A stretch of 64,000 nt of DNA from Ilumatobacteraceae bacterium (GCA_044340485.1 JBIITN010000004.1:28357-92356), one strand, 5' to 3'. Positions 10,489 to 21,170 are shown, counted from the first letter of the stretch. Notes: generated by a model not told the origin, from the letters alone. Program-made: numbers and translations.

Positions 10489-11051
10489 TCTTCGGTGGCT
10501 GGCTCGAGGTCAGCCGGGGAGTTGATATTGCGTACAGCAACAGCAGGAACGGGAACTTCAATGACATCTAACAACACAGCTGCACGATGTACCGCTCGTT
10601 CCTTGCGCTTCCACACAGATTCCAAAGTTTTGAGACACTCTGTGGTATCCCACGCCGCACATAACCAATTCAATCGATCGGTGCGTCCGACTGCGGCTTG
10701 AGCATCAGAAAGACCGCGGACAAGACTTGTCACAACCGCTGGGGTCAAAAACGGCATGTCACATGACAACACCACCACATTGTTATGTGTCGCGGCGCGC
10801 AATGCCGTAATCACACCACCAAGGGGGCCTTCACCTGGATATGCGTCCTTTTTCCATGTACCCGTCAGCTTCTTTGACTTTGCCTGTGTACCACCGACGA
10901 ACAGAACCTCAGTTGCCCCAGCCTCGCGAGCAGCGTTGCCCACACGCTCAGCCATGGCGACACCATCGACTTCGAAATGCGCCTTATCAGTCCCCATGCG
11001 GGAACTATCTCCCCCAATGAGGATTGCTACGGTGAACTCGGAACCAGACAT
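10485..11051 (-). CDS. MobA-like NTP transferase (molybdenum cofactor nucleotidyltransferase family)
   Basis: AILIGGDSSRMGTDKA motif. Start moved to the internal ATG (MSGSEF...). The stop overlaps the rnd start by 4 nt. Confidence 0.72.
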   Translation of the reverse strand: MSGSEFTVAILIGGDSSRMGTDKAHFEVDGVAMAERVGNAAREAGATEVLFVGGTQAKSKKLTGTWKKDAYPGEGPLGGVITALRAATHNNVVVLSCDMPFLTPAVVTSLVRGLSDAQAAVGRTDRLNWLCAAWDTTECLKTLESVWKRKERAVHRAAVLLDVIEVPVPAVAVRNINSPADLEPATEE

Positions 11052-11092
11052 AAAGACCACGCTTAGACGTTTCAGGCATCTAGGGTACGGGC

Positions 11093-11386
11093 ATGGGCGG
11101 AAATTCAGGCTCTCTTGATGCAGAACTCGTGAAAAATATCGCACTCGGTGTGGGCATTGGCGTAATTGTTGTGGGGCTCATCCTCCTGAAGATTGTGCGC
11201 TCCATAGTGGGCAAGGTCATCTCTGCTGTTGTGCTCTTAGCTATTGCAATTGCGGTGTTCAGCCAAAGAGCAGCAATTGATGACTGCGCCAACAAAGTTC
11301 AAGAGCAAGCAGCATCTGGTCAAATCTCAACCATCCAGTGTCGTTTCTTTGGGCAGGATGTCAAAGTAGACGTCCCCGACCTATAA
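11093..11386 (+). CDS. small membrane protein, hypothetical
   Basis: 97 aa with two hydrophobic helices (IALGVGIGVIVVGLILL, AVVLLAIAIAVF). Confidence 0.5.
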   Translation: MGGNSGSLDAELVKNIALGVGIGVIVVGLILLKIVRSIVGKVISAVVLLAIAIAVFSQRAAIDDCANKVQEQAASGQISTIQCRFFGQDVKVDVPDL

Positions 11387-11425
11387 CAAACAGCTCGCTG
11401 CACTTTTCATAATGTGACAAGGTGC

Positions 11426-12214
11426 TCATAGTGCGACAAGGTGTGGCATCACTACGGCATCGACATATTCTTGCGGATGAGAAGTTGGCGCTCCATGGCC
11501 TGCTCCAGCGATCATCACTAACGTTCCGTGTCGCACGTTGTGTGCAACGTGTTGTGCGCCATCGCAATGTCTCGATGCTCCTAGTTCGCCGTATCCACAC
11601 AACACCGGAACTAAGACGTCCGAAAAATCGTATGGCGCAGATGATCGCAATGACGTCAACTCACCCACCAGTGCAACCCCTTCACGCTGACGTGCAAGTT
11701 TCGTCGGTTCCGGGAGAGAATCCCATTTCTTGTCACCCACTAGTCGACGCATAAAAACCTCCGCTGCTTCTGCGGGGTCTGTCGCCATCGCTTGGTTGCC
11801 TGCCGTGGTGCCTGGCCACCAAGGCATCCACGACAGTGGAGATTCGTATATTGAAGCCCCAATAACTTGAGTCGGACACGCAATGGCACCCGCGAGTGCG
11901 ACATGACCCCCGAAACTATGACCGATCAATAGCGCCTGTGAAACATGTCCAGCGGTGTCCATCACCTCACAAAGATCCGACACATGATCTGACACATGAA
12001 ACGGACCATCGTGAGAAAGCGATCGTCCGTAGCCACGACGGTCGTATCTAATGACACGCCATTGGCGTTGAAGAATGCGCGCTACATGGGCCATTCCTGC
12101 CATTCGATCAAGCGAACCATGGATCAAGACAACGGCCATGTCGCTTCTAGGACCTGTATCGCTAAAGGCAATACCCGAATCCGTGATGGACATTGTGGGT
12201 GAAGAATCGGTCAT
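11426..12214 (-). CDS. alpha/beta hydrolase
   Basis: Nucleophile elbow LIGHSFGGHVAL and an HG oxyanion region VVLIHGSLD. Confidence 0.8.
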   Translation of the reverse strand: MTDSSPTMSITDSGIAFSDTGPRSDMAVVLIHGSLDRMAGMAHVARILQRQWRVIRYDRRGYGRSLSHDGPFHVSDHVSDLCEVMDTAGHVSQALLIGHSFGGHVALAGAIACPTQVIGASIYESPLSWMPWWPGTTAGNQAMATDPAEAAEVFMRRLVGDKKWDSLPEPTKLARQREGVALVGELTSLRSSAPYDFSDVLVPVLCGYGELGASRHCDGAQHVAHNVRHGTLVMIAGAGHGAPTSHPQEYVDAVVMPHLVAL

Positions 12215-12226
12215 TGATGCCCTAAC

Positions 12227-13555
12227 GTGATGCCGTTGAACTACGCGCCAACGACAGTAGTGCGTGAAGAAATTGCAGGTACGCGTTCTATGACATCTAC
12301 ATCTCGCAGACCAGATATAACTATCGATTCGCTACGACAGTGGCTCGATGCATGTCCAACGCCTTTTCATGTCGTTGATCTCGCAGCACGCACTCTCACC
12401 GATGCCAACTTTCTTGAGACGACCGAGCTAGGTATCGAACTGCCAACACGGGGATTTATTCGTCGTGATGGTGCAATCGTTGCTTGGCGCCGCGCAACCC
12501 ATAATGGTGCGCCGTTTCATGTAGTTGGCGCACACACCGATTCCCCAAATTTACGGGTTCAACCTCAACCTGATCTCTATCAGGCGGGATGCAGTCAATT
12601 GGCAGTCGAAATCTACGGCGGAGTGTTATTGAACTCTTGGCTTGACCGCGACCTAGGAATCGCCGGACGTATTGTCACTAGCGATGGAGAACAACATCTT
12701 TTCCATGTCGGCGAATCCATGGCTCGCATTCCTCAACTTGCTATTCACCTTGACCGTGAGGTCAACGACAAAGGATTAGTACTTAATAAGCAGACTCACA
12801 TGATGCCGTTGTGGGCGACCGGCACGAACTTCTCTTTTGTTGAGTGGTTGAGCTCACACACTGGAGTCGCAACGTCAGCCATTGCCGCTTTCGATGCGCA
12901 CCTTTTTGACAACACACCGGCCGCTCTCCTCGGACACGACCAATCGTTTTTGGCTAGCGGCCGACTCGATAATCAAGTGTCATGCTGGGCAGCGATCCAC
13001 GCCCTCGTCAGCGTTGAGCCACAGAGCTACATCTCGGTCGTTGTACTTAATGATCATGAAGAAGTGGGTTCGGTAAGCACGACGGGCGCCGATGGACCAC
13101 TTCTTGACCATGTCTTGACGTCGTTGTCGATAACTGACGGTTCAAACATCTCACAGCATTCAGACACACTTCGTGCCTCTATGGCTTTGTCAGTCGACAA
13201 TGCTCATGCACTTCATCCGAACTATCAAGAGCGCCATGATCCTCGCCATGCCCCGATCGTGAATCAGGGCATTGCATTGAAAGTCAATGGAAACCAACGC
13301 TACGCATCAAGCGCTACCGGAGTTGCATATGTGAAAACACTCGCAGCAAAACACACAATTAATCTCCAAAACTTTGTAACGAGAAATGACATACCCTGTG
13401 GCTCAACAATTGGGCCCATCACTGCTGGACGCCTGGGAATAGACACTGTCGACATTGGCGTTCCGCAGCTCTCAATGCACAGCGCTCGAGAGATGTGTGG
13501 GGCGAAAGATCCAATGACGCTGCTGTCTCTTCTCGCAGCATTCTTCAGCGAATGA
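12227..13555 (+). CDS. M18 family aminopeptidase (aspartyl aminopeptidase-like)
   Basis: GAHTDSPNL, NDHEEVGS and the SMHSAREM C-terminal motif. The true start may be ATG 12290 (MTSTSRRPD). Confidence 0.85.
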   Translation: MMPLNYAPTTVVREEIAGTRSMTSTSRRPDITIDSLRQWLDACPTPFHVVDLAARTLTDANFLETTELGIELPTRGFIRRDGAIVAWRRATHNGAPFHVVGAHTDSPNLRVQPQPDLYQAGCSQLAVEIYGGVLLNSWLDRDLGIAGRIVTSDGEQHLFHVGESMARIPQLAIHLDREVNDKGLVLNKQTHMMPLWATGTNFSFVEWLSSHTGVATSAIAAFDAHLFDNTPAALLGHDQSFLASGRLDNQVSCWAAIHALVSVEPQSYISVVVLNDHEEVGSVSTTGADGPLLDHVLTSLSITDGSNISQHSDTLRASMALSVDNAHALHPNYQERHDPRHAPIVNQGIALKVNGNQRYASSATGVAYVKTLAAKHTINLQNFVTRNDIPCGSTIGPITAGRLGIDTVDIGVPQLSMHSAREMCGAKDPMTLLSLLAAFFSE

Positions 13556-13565
13556 TCACGCGCAC

Positions 13566-14243
13566 TCAATCGCCTGCCCGTGTTTTTGCATCATCAAAAA
13601 GTCGCTGCAACTCGGTGGTGAGTTGAGTCGTGACATCTTTGACAGCTGAGCGAGGTACCCGACCTTCGGCGTCAAGTGCAACACTGATGGGCTCGCCCAC
13701 TACCAACACACATTTCTTCAGACGCAAAAACTTCGCACCTTTTGGCATGACGCCTTCTGTTCCGCCGACACCGACAGGAATAATCGGGACTCGTGCCTTC
13801 ACCGCTATGTATGCCGAGCCATCCATCAGCGGCTGAACAGTTGGCCCAGATTTCCGTGTGCCTTCAGGAAACAACACGAGTGGTTCACCTGCTTCAAGCA
13901 CCTGAATGCAACGCTTTAAGGCTTCACGATCAGCACTTCCACGGGTCACAGGGAAACCACCGAGCGCAGATAACAACATTGCAGCTGGCTTCTTTTTCCA
14001 CAATGAGTCTTTCCCCATGAAACGAAGACGACGTGTGGTGATCAAACCCACCAATGGAATGTCAATGTTAGAACGGTGAATGGGAGCCACGACAAAAGCT
14101 CCGGTACGAGGGATGTTGTGGCGACCTACAACTTTCACGCGAAACATGATCAACGACAAACCAAGCACTATTGCTCGGCAGAAACGATAGAACGCCTTAC
14201 TTCCGATGGATTGACCTGCCAAAAAGGAATCAACTTCAGCCAC
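13566..14243 (-). CDS. plsC: 1-acyl-sn-glycerol-3-phosphate acyltransferase
   Basis: HRSNIDIP (HX4D) and FPEGTRK motifs. GTG 14243 overlaps the cmk stop (GTGGCTGA). The ORF-track start 14453 lies inside cmk. Confidence 0.8.
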   Translation of the reverse strand: MAEVDSFLAGQSIGSKAFYRFCRAIVLGLSLIMFRVKVVGRHNIPRTGAFVVAPIHRSNIDIPLVGLITTRRLRFMGKDSLWKKKPAAMLLSALGGFPVTRGSADREALKRCIQVLEAGEPLVLFPEGTRKSGPTVQPLMDGSAYIAVKARVPIIPVGVGGTEGVMPKGAKFLRLKKCVLVVGEPISVALDAEGRVPRSAVKDVTTQLTTELQRLFDDAKTRAGD

Positions 14244-14901
14244 GACCGCTCTCTTTCTCACGTTGTTCAAAAATCTGTGCAATGACTTCAACCACGTCGT
14301 TAATTGGCATTGCACTTGAATCAACAATGATCGAGTCTTCATGCGGACGCAACGGACTGTCTTCACGAGATGAATCCAAGTGGTCCCTCTCAGCAATGGC
14401 TTTCTCAATAAGATCCACGTCACCACCAGACTGCAACACGCGTCGGCGAGCACGTTCTTTCGGCGACGCAGTGAGAAATACCTTCACCATCGCATCTGGG
14501 AAGACAACAGTTCCGATATCACGGCCTTCCACTACACCGCCCCCATGTGCACGGATCCAAGCACGTTGCTGTTCCCTCATCGCTGCACGCACACTGGAGT
14601 GGGCAGCAATAATGCTCACCACTGAAGTCACTTCGTGCCCTCGAATGACATCACTCACGTCATCACCGTTGATCACGGCGCTGTCTTTTTCAATCACAAT
14701 TTTGCTGGTCTCAGCTAACTCACCAACACGATTCACATCATGTACGTCGACGCCATCACGGATTACTGCAAACGCGACGCATCTGTACATTGCCCCAGTA
14801 TCGAGATACGGCAAACCCGTTACACCGGCGACCTTTTTAGCCACCGTTGACTTTCCAGCACCCGCAGGACCATCTATCGCGATGACACGCACACTCACCA
14901 A
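14236..14901 (-). CDS. cmk: cytidylate kinase
   Basis: P-loop IAIDGPAGAGKSTVAK; 221 aa. Confidence 0.92.
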   Translation of the reverse strand: MVSVRVIAIDGPAGAGKSTVAKKVAGVTGLPYLDTGAMYRCVAFAVIRDGVDVHDVNRVGELAETSKIVIEKDSAVINGDDVSDVIRGHEVTSVVSIIAAHSSVRAAMREQQRAWIRAHGGGVVEGRDIGTVVFPDAMVKVFLTASPKERARRRVLQSGGDVDLIEKAIAERDHLDSSREDSPLRPHEDSIIVDSSAMPINDVVEVIAQIFEQREKESGRG

Positions 14902-16331
14902 CTTGTGCCCTGCGGACGTCCTTCGTCGTAACCGGCAGCACTTTGTAGTCCAACCACTGCACGATCCTGAAATTCACGAACAGTCGCGGCGCCCGCATAA
15001 GTGCAAGACGAACGCAATCCTGCAACGATTTGATCGATGATGTCTTCAACACTTGGTCGCACAGGATCCAAATACATACGCGAGGTGCTAATGCCCTCTT
15101 CAAATAGTTCTTTCTTTGCACGATCGAGAGCAGACTCTGAACGAGTTCTGTTCTTTACAGCACGGTTCGATGCCATGCCGAAACTCTCCTTGTACAAGCG
15201 CCCTTCGGTGTCACGCATTGTGTCGGCAGCTGATTCGTAGGTGCCCGCTAGCCAAGAACCAAACATGACATTGGATGCCCCAGCAGCGAGTGCAAGTGCG
15301 ACATCTCTCGGATATCGCACACCGCCATCTGCCCACACATGCTTTCCGTGGGATTCGGCTTCTGCTGCGCATTCTAAGACGGCAGTAAATTGTGGTCGAC
15401 CAACTCCGGTCATCATACGAGTGGTGCACATAGCGCCGGGTCCTACACCTACCTTGATGATGTCTGCACCTGCATTAATGAGATCCCTGGTGCCTTGAGC
15501 AGTCACAACATTTCCGGCAACAATTTTGGCATCGGGAGCGACAGCACGGACTTCTTCGATTGCCCGAATAGTGCGACCTTGGTGGCCATGCGCTGTGTCG
15601 ATCACAAGCACATCGACCCCCATGTTCAAAAGAGCTTTTGCACGAGTTGCGGGATCACCGTTAATACCCACAGCAACGGAAGTCAGTAAACGACCGTTGG
15701 CATCGGTTGCTGGACGATAAATGGTGCTTCTCACCGCACCTTTGCGCGTAATGCAACCAACGAGTGCACCGTCATCGTCCACTACCGGGGCAAAACTTAA
15801 ACGTTCCTCTGCCAGTTTGTCGTGCATCTCTTCGGCTGATAAGCGATCGGACAATGAGAAGATTTCTCGATTCATGACGTTGCGCAACTGAGAAAAACGA
15901 TCAAAACCCTGCGCGTCATGTTCGGTAAAGATCCCAAGGGGCCGATTGTCGGGATCAACAACCACCACAGCACCATGAGCCCGCTTATGAATAAGACTCA
16001 TTGCCTCCCCCAATGTGTCAGTTTCAAGCAATGTGATGGGCGTTTCAAAAATTGGATGACGTGACTTCACATAATCAATCACGATTTCGACAATGTCGAC
16101 AGGAATGTCTTGTGGCAAGACCGCCACACCGCCACGACGTGCCACTGTTTCTGACATTCGTCGTCCCGCCACAGCAGTCATGTTTGACACCACAATGGGA
16201 ATGCTGGTGCCGAGTTCATCTGGCGTCGTCAGGTCTACTTCCAAACGAGATCCAACAGTGGAAAGGCTTGGAACCATGAAGACGTCGTTATACGTCAGAT
16301 CATGTGAGGGTATGTCGTTGAGGAAGCGCAT
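14895..16331 (-). CDS. IMP dehydrogenase family protein, GuaB1-like (GMP reductase-type)
   Basis: N-terminus MRFLNDIPSHDLTYNDVFMVPS, an internal CBS pair, and the catalytic loop GVGPGAMCTTRMMTGVGRPQ. Start taken at the internal ATG. Confidence 0.86.
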   Translation of the reverse strand: MRFLNDIPSHDLTYNDVFMVPSLSTVGSRLEVDLTTPDELGTSIPIVVSNMTAVAGRRMSETVARRGGVAVLPQDIPVDIVEIVIDYVKSRHPIFETPITLLETDTLGEAMSLIHKRAHGAVVVVDPDNRPLGIFTEHDAQGFDRFSQLRNVMNREIFSLSDRLSAEEMHDKLAEERLSFAPVVDDDGALVGCITRKGAVRSTIYRPATDANGRLLTSVAVGINGDPATRAKALLNMGVDVLVIDTAHGHQGRTIRAIEEVRAVAPDAKIVAGNVVTAQGTRDLINAGADIIKVGVGPGAMCTTRMMTGVGRPQFTAVLECAAEAESHGKHVWADGGVRYPRDVALALAAGASNVMFGSWLAGTYESAADTMRDTEGRLYKESFGMASNRAVKNRTRSESALDRAKKELFEEGISTSRMYLDPVRPSVEDIIDQIVAGLRSSCTYAGAATVREFQDRAVVGLQSAAGYDEGRPQGTSW

Positions 16332-16352
16332 AGAGCATTTCAAGAGTACCGT

Positions 16353-17054
16353 GTGAACATGAGCAACTCTGCGAACACTCCTGTTGTGCTTATCCACGGA
16401 TGGGCAGGCTCATACCGAGAAACATGGGAGAAACCGGGGATTAACGCCCTTCTTGAAGATGTGGGTCGCACAGTGCTGGGAATTGACTTATTAGGTCACG
16501 GCGATGCCGAGAAACCCCACGATCCCAATGCTTACGAACATCTCGATACATGGCTTCTCGATCAACTTCCGCCCGACCGGCCAGTTGATGTGGTGGCATT
16601 TTCTCTTGGCGCTCTCACTACATTGTCTGCGCTCGTCGCGGCACCGCACAGATTCCGTCGGGTTGTTCTTGCTGGCATTGGCGATGGCGTTTTCCACGAA
16701 GCTGATCCCGCGCGAGCTGAGCGCATCATCGCTGGTATGGAGGGTCGCGCTGACGAAACAGATACTTTTGCAGCGCTATTTCGTCAGTATGGACACACTC
16801 GTGGAAACGACACCGCGGCTCTAATTGCAGTTTTGAAACGACCCCGACAATCTCCTCTATCTAGGGCCCAACTGTCAGCCATTACTAACGACGTCACCGT
16901 CGTGATTGGTGACAAGGATTTCGCCGGACCGGCAGACGAACTCGCTACATCTTTCCCTAATGGTCGTCTTGTCACGTTGCGAAATACGGACCATTTCGCG
17001 ACACCGGAGTCATTTCCATTTATTGATGCGGTTCTCGAGGTCATGTCGGCGTAG
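16353..17054 (+). CDS. alpha/beta hydrolase
   Basis: VVLIHGWAGS, the nucleophile region VAFSLGAL, and a C-terminal His (NTDHF). Confidence 0.75.
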   Translation: MNMSNSANTPVVLIHGWAGSYRETWEKPGINALLEDVGRTVLGIDLLGHGDAEKPHDPNAYEHLDTWLLDQLPPDRPVDVVAFSLGALTTLSALVAAPHRFRRVVLAGIGDGVFHEADPARAERIIAGMEGRADETDTFAALFRQYGHTRGNDTAALIAVLKRPRQSPLSRAQLSAITNDVTVVIGDKDFAGPADELATSFPNGRLVTLRNTDHFATPESFPFIDAVLEVMSA

Positions 17055-17116
17055 TCGGCTGTTTTGCATCATGCTCTACACAGTTGGCTTTGCACAGTTA
17101 GATTCGCACTCATTTC

Positions 17117-18046
17117 ATGACTAGATCAGCCCCGATAACAACAGATGTTGACCGTGCGATTGACATCTTGCAACACGGTGGTGTTGTCGCAATCCCGACA
17201 GAAACCGTGTATGGCTTGGGTGCCTGTGTCAGCCATCATGCAGCAATTCGTCGCGTTTTTGAAATAAAAAAGCGTCCACATGATCACCCACTTATTGTTC
17301 ACATCGGTCCAGAAGCAGACATCGAACATTGGGGCCTCTTTAACAGCGATGCATTGCAATTGGCACAGACGTGCTGGCCTGGCCCCATCACACTTTTAGT
17401 GCCCCGCACTACTGCCGTGCCTGACATCGTGACGGGAGGACGTGACAGCGTTGCAATTCGAATGCCCTCTCATCCGATCACTCAAGATCTTTTGTCACGA
17501 GTTGCCGATGGCGTTGTCGCTCCCTCTGCAAACACATTCGGACATGTCAGTCCCACCACGGCACAACATGTGCATGATGACATCGGAGCAGAGGTCGATC
17601 TCATCCTTGATGGCGGATCTTGCGACATCGGCGTTGAGTCCACGATCGTTGACTGCACTACATCACCTCCACAAATTGTTCGCCCAGGAGCAATCACACG
17701 AGTTGAAATTGAAAAAATACTGTCGATAACTGTGGCCGATACCGAGGGACCATCGCGTGCGCCCGGAATGCTCGCCTCTCATTACGCACCGCGCATCCCA
17801 GTAGAGCTAGTGGAATCGACCCGTGAAGGCCGTGATCTTCTCACCCGACACAAAAGGCAGTACCGCCATAGCGTGATGATTCACCATGATGATCTCGCGG
17901 AGTATGCCGCACTTTTGTATCGAGATCTGCGTCATGCCGAAGACATGGATTACGACGCAATCATCGCAGTCTTGCCTCCCAATGAAGGACTTGGCATTGC
18001 AATTCGCGATCGCCTTCAAAAGGCAGCCACACCAAAGCAGCAGTAA
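17117..18046 (+). CDS. L-threonylcarbamoyladenylate synthase (Sua5/YwlC type, YrdC + Sua5 domains)
   Basis: IPTETVYGLG, KKRPHDHPLIVHI, SANTFGH. Confidence 0.88.
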   Translation: MTRSAPITTDVDRAIDILQHGGVVAIPTETVYGLGACVSHHAAIRRVFEIKKRPHDHPLIVHIGPEADIEHWGLFNSDALQLAQTCWPGPITLLVPRTTAVPDIVTGGRDSVAIRMPSHPITQDLLSRVADGVVAPSANTFGHVSPTTAQHVHDDIGAEVDLILDGGSCDIGVESTIVDCTTSPPQIVRPGAITRVEIEKILSITVADTEGPSRAPGMLASHYAPRIPVELVESTREGRDLLTRHKRQYRHSVMIHHDDLAEYAALLYRDLRHAEDMDYDAIIAVLPPNEGLGIAIRDRLQKAATPKQQ

Positions 18047-18050
18047 CACG

Positions 18051-18638
18051 TTATGTATGAAGCTCTTCCCAATTGATCTGATTCACAGACTCAACAAACA
18101 GGTCACGGACCTCTTCGGCAGACACACGTCTTTGACCCGAAATAGCTGACACTGTGATACTCACCATGCTCGCCCCCGCTTCGGGCACAATGTCAAATCG
18201 CACCCAGCAAGCAAATGGATCACGCACCACCATTTCCAAGACATAGGGACTCTCATCTATAGCGACATCTCCGTGCCACGACGACGCAATGAGCAATGCC
18301 TCAAATGCTTCCACTGGCAGACAATCGATTGTGAACGAAGAAACATCTCGAGACAAACGATGTGTATCCACTGTTTTCACATCGGACGATATTTTGTCGC
18401 CGGAGGAGGTCCTTTTGCCAGACGATGACATGCCGGACTGTGCTGTGACATCTGAAGTTGACTTCGCAGTAGATGTCACTTCTAACAGAGCAAGGCGAAG
18501 CGCTTCATTTAACTGTTGCATTGCTTCATGAGTTCCCCCAACATCTGGATGACACACGCGTGCTTTTTCTCGCCACGCATCTTTAATAACATCCACTGAG
18601 GAATCTGCAGAGATGCCGAGCGTGACAAATGGGTCCAT
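18051..18638 (-). CDS. J-domain protein lacking DnaJ G/F, zinc-finger and C-terminal domains
   Basis: DPFVTLGIS...DVIKDAWREKARVCHPDVGG (HPD motif). The remaining ~130 aa are unrelated to DnaJ. Confidence 0.7.
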   Translation of the reverse strand: MDPFVTLGISADSSVDVIKDAWREKARVCHPDVGGTHEAMQQLNEALRLALLEVTSTAKSTSDVTAQSGMSSSGKRTSSGDKISSDVKTVDTHRLSRDVSSFTIDCLPVEAFEALLIASSWHGDVAIDESPYVLEMVVRDPFACWVRFDIVPEAGASMVSITVSAISGQRRVSAEEVRDLFVESVNQINWEELHT

Positions 18639-19468
18639 TAGCGACCTTTGAAATCAGGTTCGCGCTTTTCCATAAACGCAGCGACTCCCTCTCGGAAGTC
18701 CTTTGTACGAAACAGCGGCAATAGTTGCAAAAACACGTGGTGAACGTTCTGCTCAAATGTCTCTGTTTCTGCAGCCCTCATCATTCGCTTAATCGCGCGC
18801 ACAGCAAGAGGTGCATTGGCTGCGATTTCCGAAGCCAGTTGACGACTAAATGTCATCAGTTCCTCTGGAGCCACCACGTGGTTCACTAAACCCAACTCCA
18901 ACGACTCTTGTGCCATCAAGGTGCGCCCAGTGAATGAGATCTCAGCAGCTTTGGCGTATCCAACAATGCGTGGCAGTAACCATGTACCACCACTTTCTGG
19001 CAGAATGCCCCGCTTGGCAAACCCCGGCGCCAATTTGGCGGTATTAGACGCAATTCGAATGTCCGCACCCAGTGCAATGTCGAGACCGTACCCAGCAGCA
19101 CCACCATTCAGTGCACAAATCACCGGTGTATCAATACCGTGCAACACGATGGGCGGAGCATTCCGCAAATCGAACTCCACAATGTTGGCACTGCCATCAC
19201 CATCGAGAACTCCCAATGATTCACTTTTGCCCGACTGTGAACCAAGATCTAGCCCTGCGCAGAAGGCACGGCCTGCACCAGTCAAGATGATGCATCGCGC
19301 ATCTGGATTGTGATCAGCTTCAAGAAATGCGGCAGAAAGTTGATCAAGCATTGGGCCACTGATCGTGTTCATTCGCTCCGGCGCATTCAAGGTAATGGTG
19401 GCAATGTGGTCAGAGACCTCAAGGAGTACTTCGGGCTGTGTCGTCATGGCATAACCGTAGCGGTACAA
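18638..19468 (-). CDS. enoyl-CoA hydratase/isomerase family protein
   Basis: RAFCAGLDL and GGAAGYGLDIALGADIRIA. Confidence 0.88.
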   Translation of the reverse strand: MYRYGYAMTTQPEVLLEVSDHIATITLNAPERMNTISGPMLDQLSAAFLEADHNPDARCIILTGAGRAFCAGLDLGSQSGKSESLGVLDGDGSANIVEFDLRNAPPIVLHGIDTPVICALNGGAAGYGLDIALGADIRIASNTAKLAPGFAKRGILPESGGTWLLPRIVGYAKAAEISFTGRTLMAQESLELGLVNHVVAPEELMTFSRQLASEIAANAPLAVRAIKRMMRAAETETFEQNVHHVFLQLLPLFRTKDFREGVAAFMEKREPDFKGR

Positions 19469-19516
19469 CTATCCCTGCATAGAAGAATGCATACGCGGGC
19501 ATGAGAGAATGGCGCC

Positions 19517-20194
19517 GTGGCTGATCATGTCGACTCAACAAGCGTTGCCCAACCCACTCTTGATGCGGTACTCGGTGATGTTTGCCGGGTGCTCTTGATT
19601 CGCCATGGACGTTCGGCAAATGTTGTGCCAGGTAGTCCTGAGAGCGCCGATCCCGACCTACACGAGTCAGGCATCGAACAAGCAATTGCATTGGGAGAAA
19701 GACTCTCTGGAGTTTCTTTATCCGGGGTGTACTCAAGCCATTTAAAACGCGCATTCCGTACCGCCCATCATGTAGCAGCACATCACAATCTCGATGTCAC
19801 CGTGTACGAAGATCTCGAAGAGGTACGCCTTGGCGATTGGTCAAATGGTGAATTTCGTCGACGCGCCGCACTTAAAGATCCCGAATTTCTTGCTTGGTAT
19901 GCAACTGGTCGCTGGGACGGCATACCAAATGCCGAAACCGACGAACAATTGCGCACGCGCGTCACTACACGCGTTGATGCCATTGCAGCTCAGCATCTCG
20001 GTGAGACCATTGCAGTTGTTGCCCATGGCGGAGTAATCAACGCCTATCTCGCCGCATCTCTTCACACTCCTCGGTCACTGTGGATGAAAGTGGAAAACAC
20101 CAGTATCACAACAGTCAATGTGAACCACACCAATAAAAGTGTTCTTACAATTAATGACTGCCACCATCTGTACGACCATCTGTATAACGACTAG
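19517..20194 (+). CDS. histidine phosphatase family protein
   Basis: LLIRHGRS catalytic RHG motif and VVAHGGVI. Confidence 0.8.
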   Translation: MADHVDSTSVAQPTLDAVLGDVCRVLLIRHGRSANVVPGSPESADPDLHESGIEQAIALGERLSGVSLSGVYSSHLKRAFRTAHHVAAHHNLDVTVYEDLEEVRLGDWSNGEFRRRAALKDPEFLAWYATGRWDGIPNAETDEQLRTRVTTRVDAIAAQHLGETIAVVAHGGVINAYLAASLHTPRSLWMKVENTSITTVNVNHTNKSVLTINDCHHLYDHLYND

Positions 20195-20221
20195 TTTTAA
20201 AAATCAGAAAGAAACAGCACC

Positions 20222-21169
20222 ATGACTACTAAACCGGCCCCTATTCGGTCCACCATCAGTGAGAAACTCGGCATCGAATACCCAATCGTGCAAGCACCTA
20301 TGGGCTGGATTGCGCGTTCACAGTTAGCTTCTGCGGTGTCGAATGCCGGAGGATTAGGAATCATTGAAACATCTTCTGGTGAACTTGATGAAGTGAAACA
20401 AGAGATCGCCACGATGCGACAACTCACCGACAAACCATTCGGAGTGAACATCGCCCAATTGTTCGTGCGCGATCCAGCCATTGTTGATTTCGTCATTGAA
20501 CAAGGTGTCACATTTGTGACCACTTCGGCTGGCGATCCCACCAAGTACACCCAGAAACTCAAATCCGCCGGACTCACCGTCTTTCACGTGGTACCCACGT
20601 TGGCCTCCGCATTGAAAGCGGTTGATGCTGGCGTTGACGGACTTGTAGTGGAAGGCGCTGAAGGAGGCGGCTTTAAAAATCCCCGCGATGTCTCGACAAT
20701 GGTGTTGTTGCCTCTCGTCGCCGAACGCGTGAACGTGCCAATCATTGCGGCTGGTGGAATTACTGATGGTGTGTCCATGGCTGCCGCATTTGCTCTCGGT
20801 GCCCACGGGGTTCAGATGGGAACACGAATGGTGTCTGCGAAGGAGTCACCCGTCCATGACAACTGGAAGAATGCGATTGTTAACGCCGCAGAGACAGACA
20901 CTGTCTTTTTGAATCGCTTTGGTAAGCCTTCACTTCGTGCACTGCGCACCGAACGCACCACGCGACTCGAGCGTGAAGACTCTTTCGGCATGGAAGAATT
21001 GTCACGCGCACAAGAGCTGTATTTCGGTGGCGACATGGAGGCTGCAGTGGCGCTCACAGGTCAAGTGTGTGGGCGAATCACCTCGATCGAGTCAGTGCAA
21101 GACATCCTGTGGTCAACGGCGCAAGAATTTCATGATCGTGTGAATCAGTTGCAACGCCACAGCATCTGA
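20222..21169 (+). CDS. nitronate monooxygenase / FMN-dependent enoyl reductase family
   Basis: GIEYPIVQAPMGWIA and IIAAGGITDG. Confidence 0.85.
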   Translation: MTTKPAPIRSTISEKLGIEYPIVQAPMGWIARSQLASAVSNAGGLGIIETSSGELDEVKQEIATMRQLTDKPFGVNIAQLFVRDPAIVDFVIEQGVTFVTTSAGDPTKYTQKLKSAGLTVFHVVPTLASALKAVDAGVDGLVVEGAEGGGFKNPRDVSTMVLLPLVAERVNVPIIAAGGITDGVSMAAAFALGAHGVQMGTRMVSAKESPVHDNWKNAIVNAAETDTVFLNRFGKPSLRALRTERTTRLEREDSFGMEELSRAQELYFGGDMEAAVALTGQVCGRITSIESVQDILWSTAQEFHDRVNQLQRHSI

Positions 21170-21170
21170 A

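Noticed and set aside
14171-15040. 289-aa plus-strand ORF
   Set aside because: It is antisense to plsC, cmk and the 3' end of the GuaB1-like gene, all with clear motifs. Its Ser/Thr/Arg-rich translation is typical of a shadow frame.
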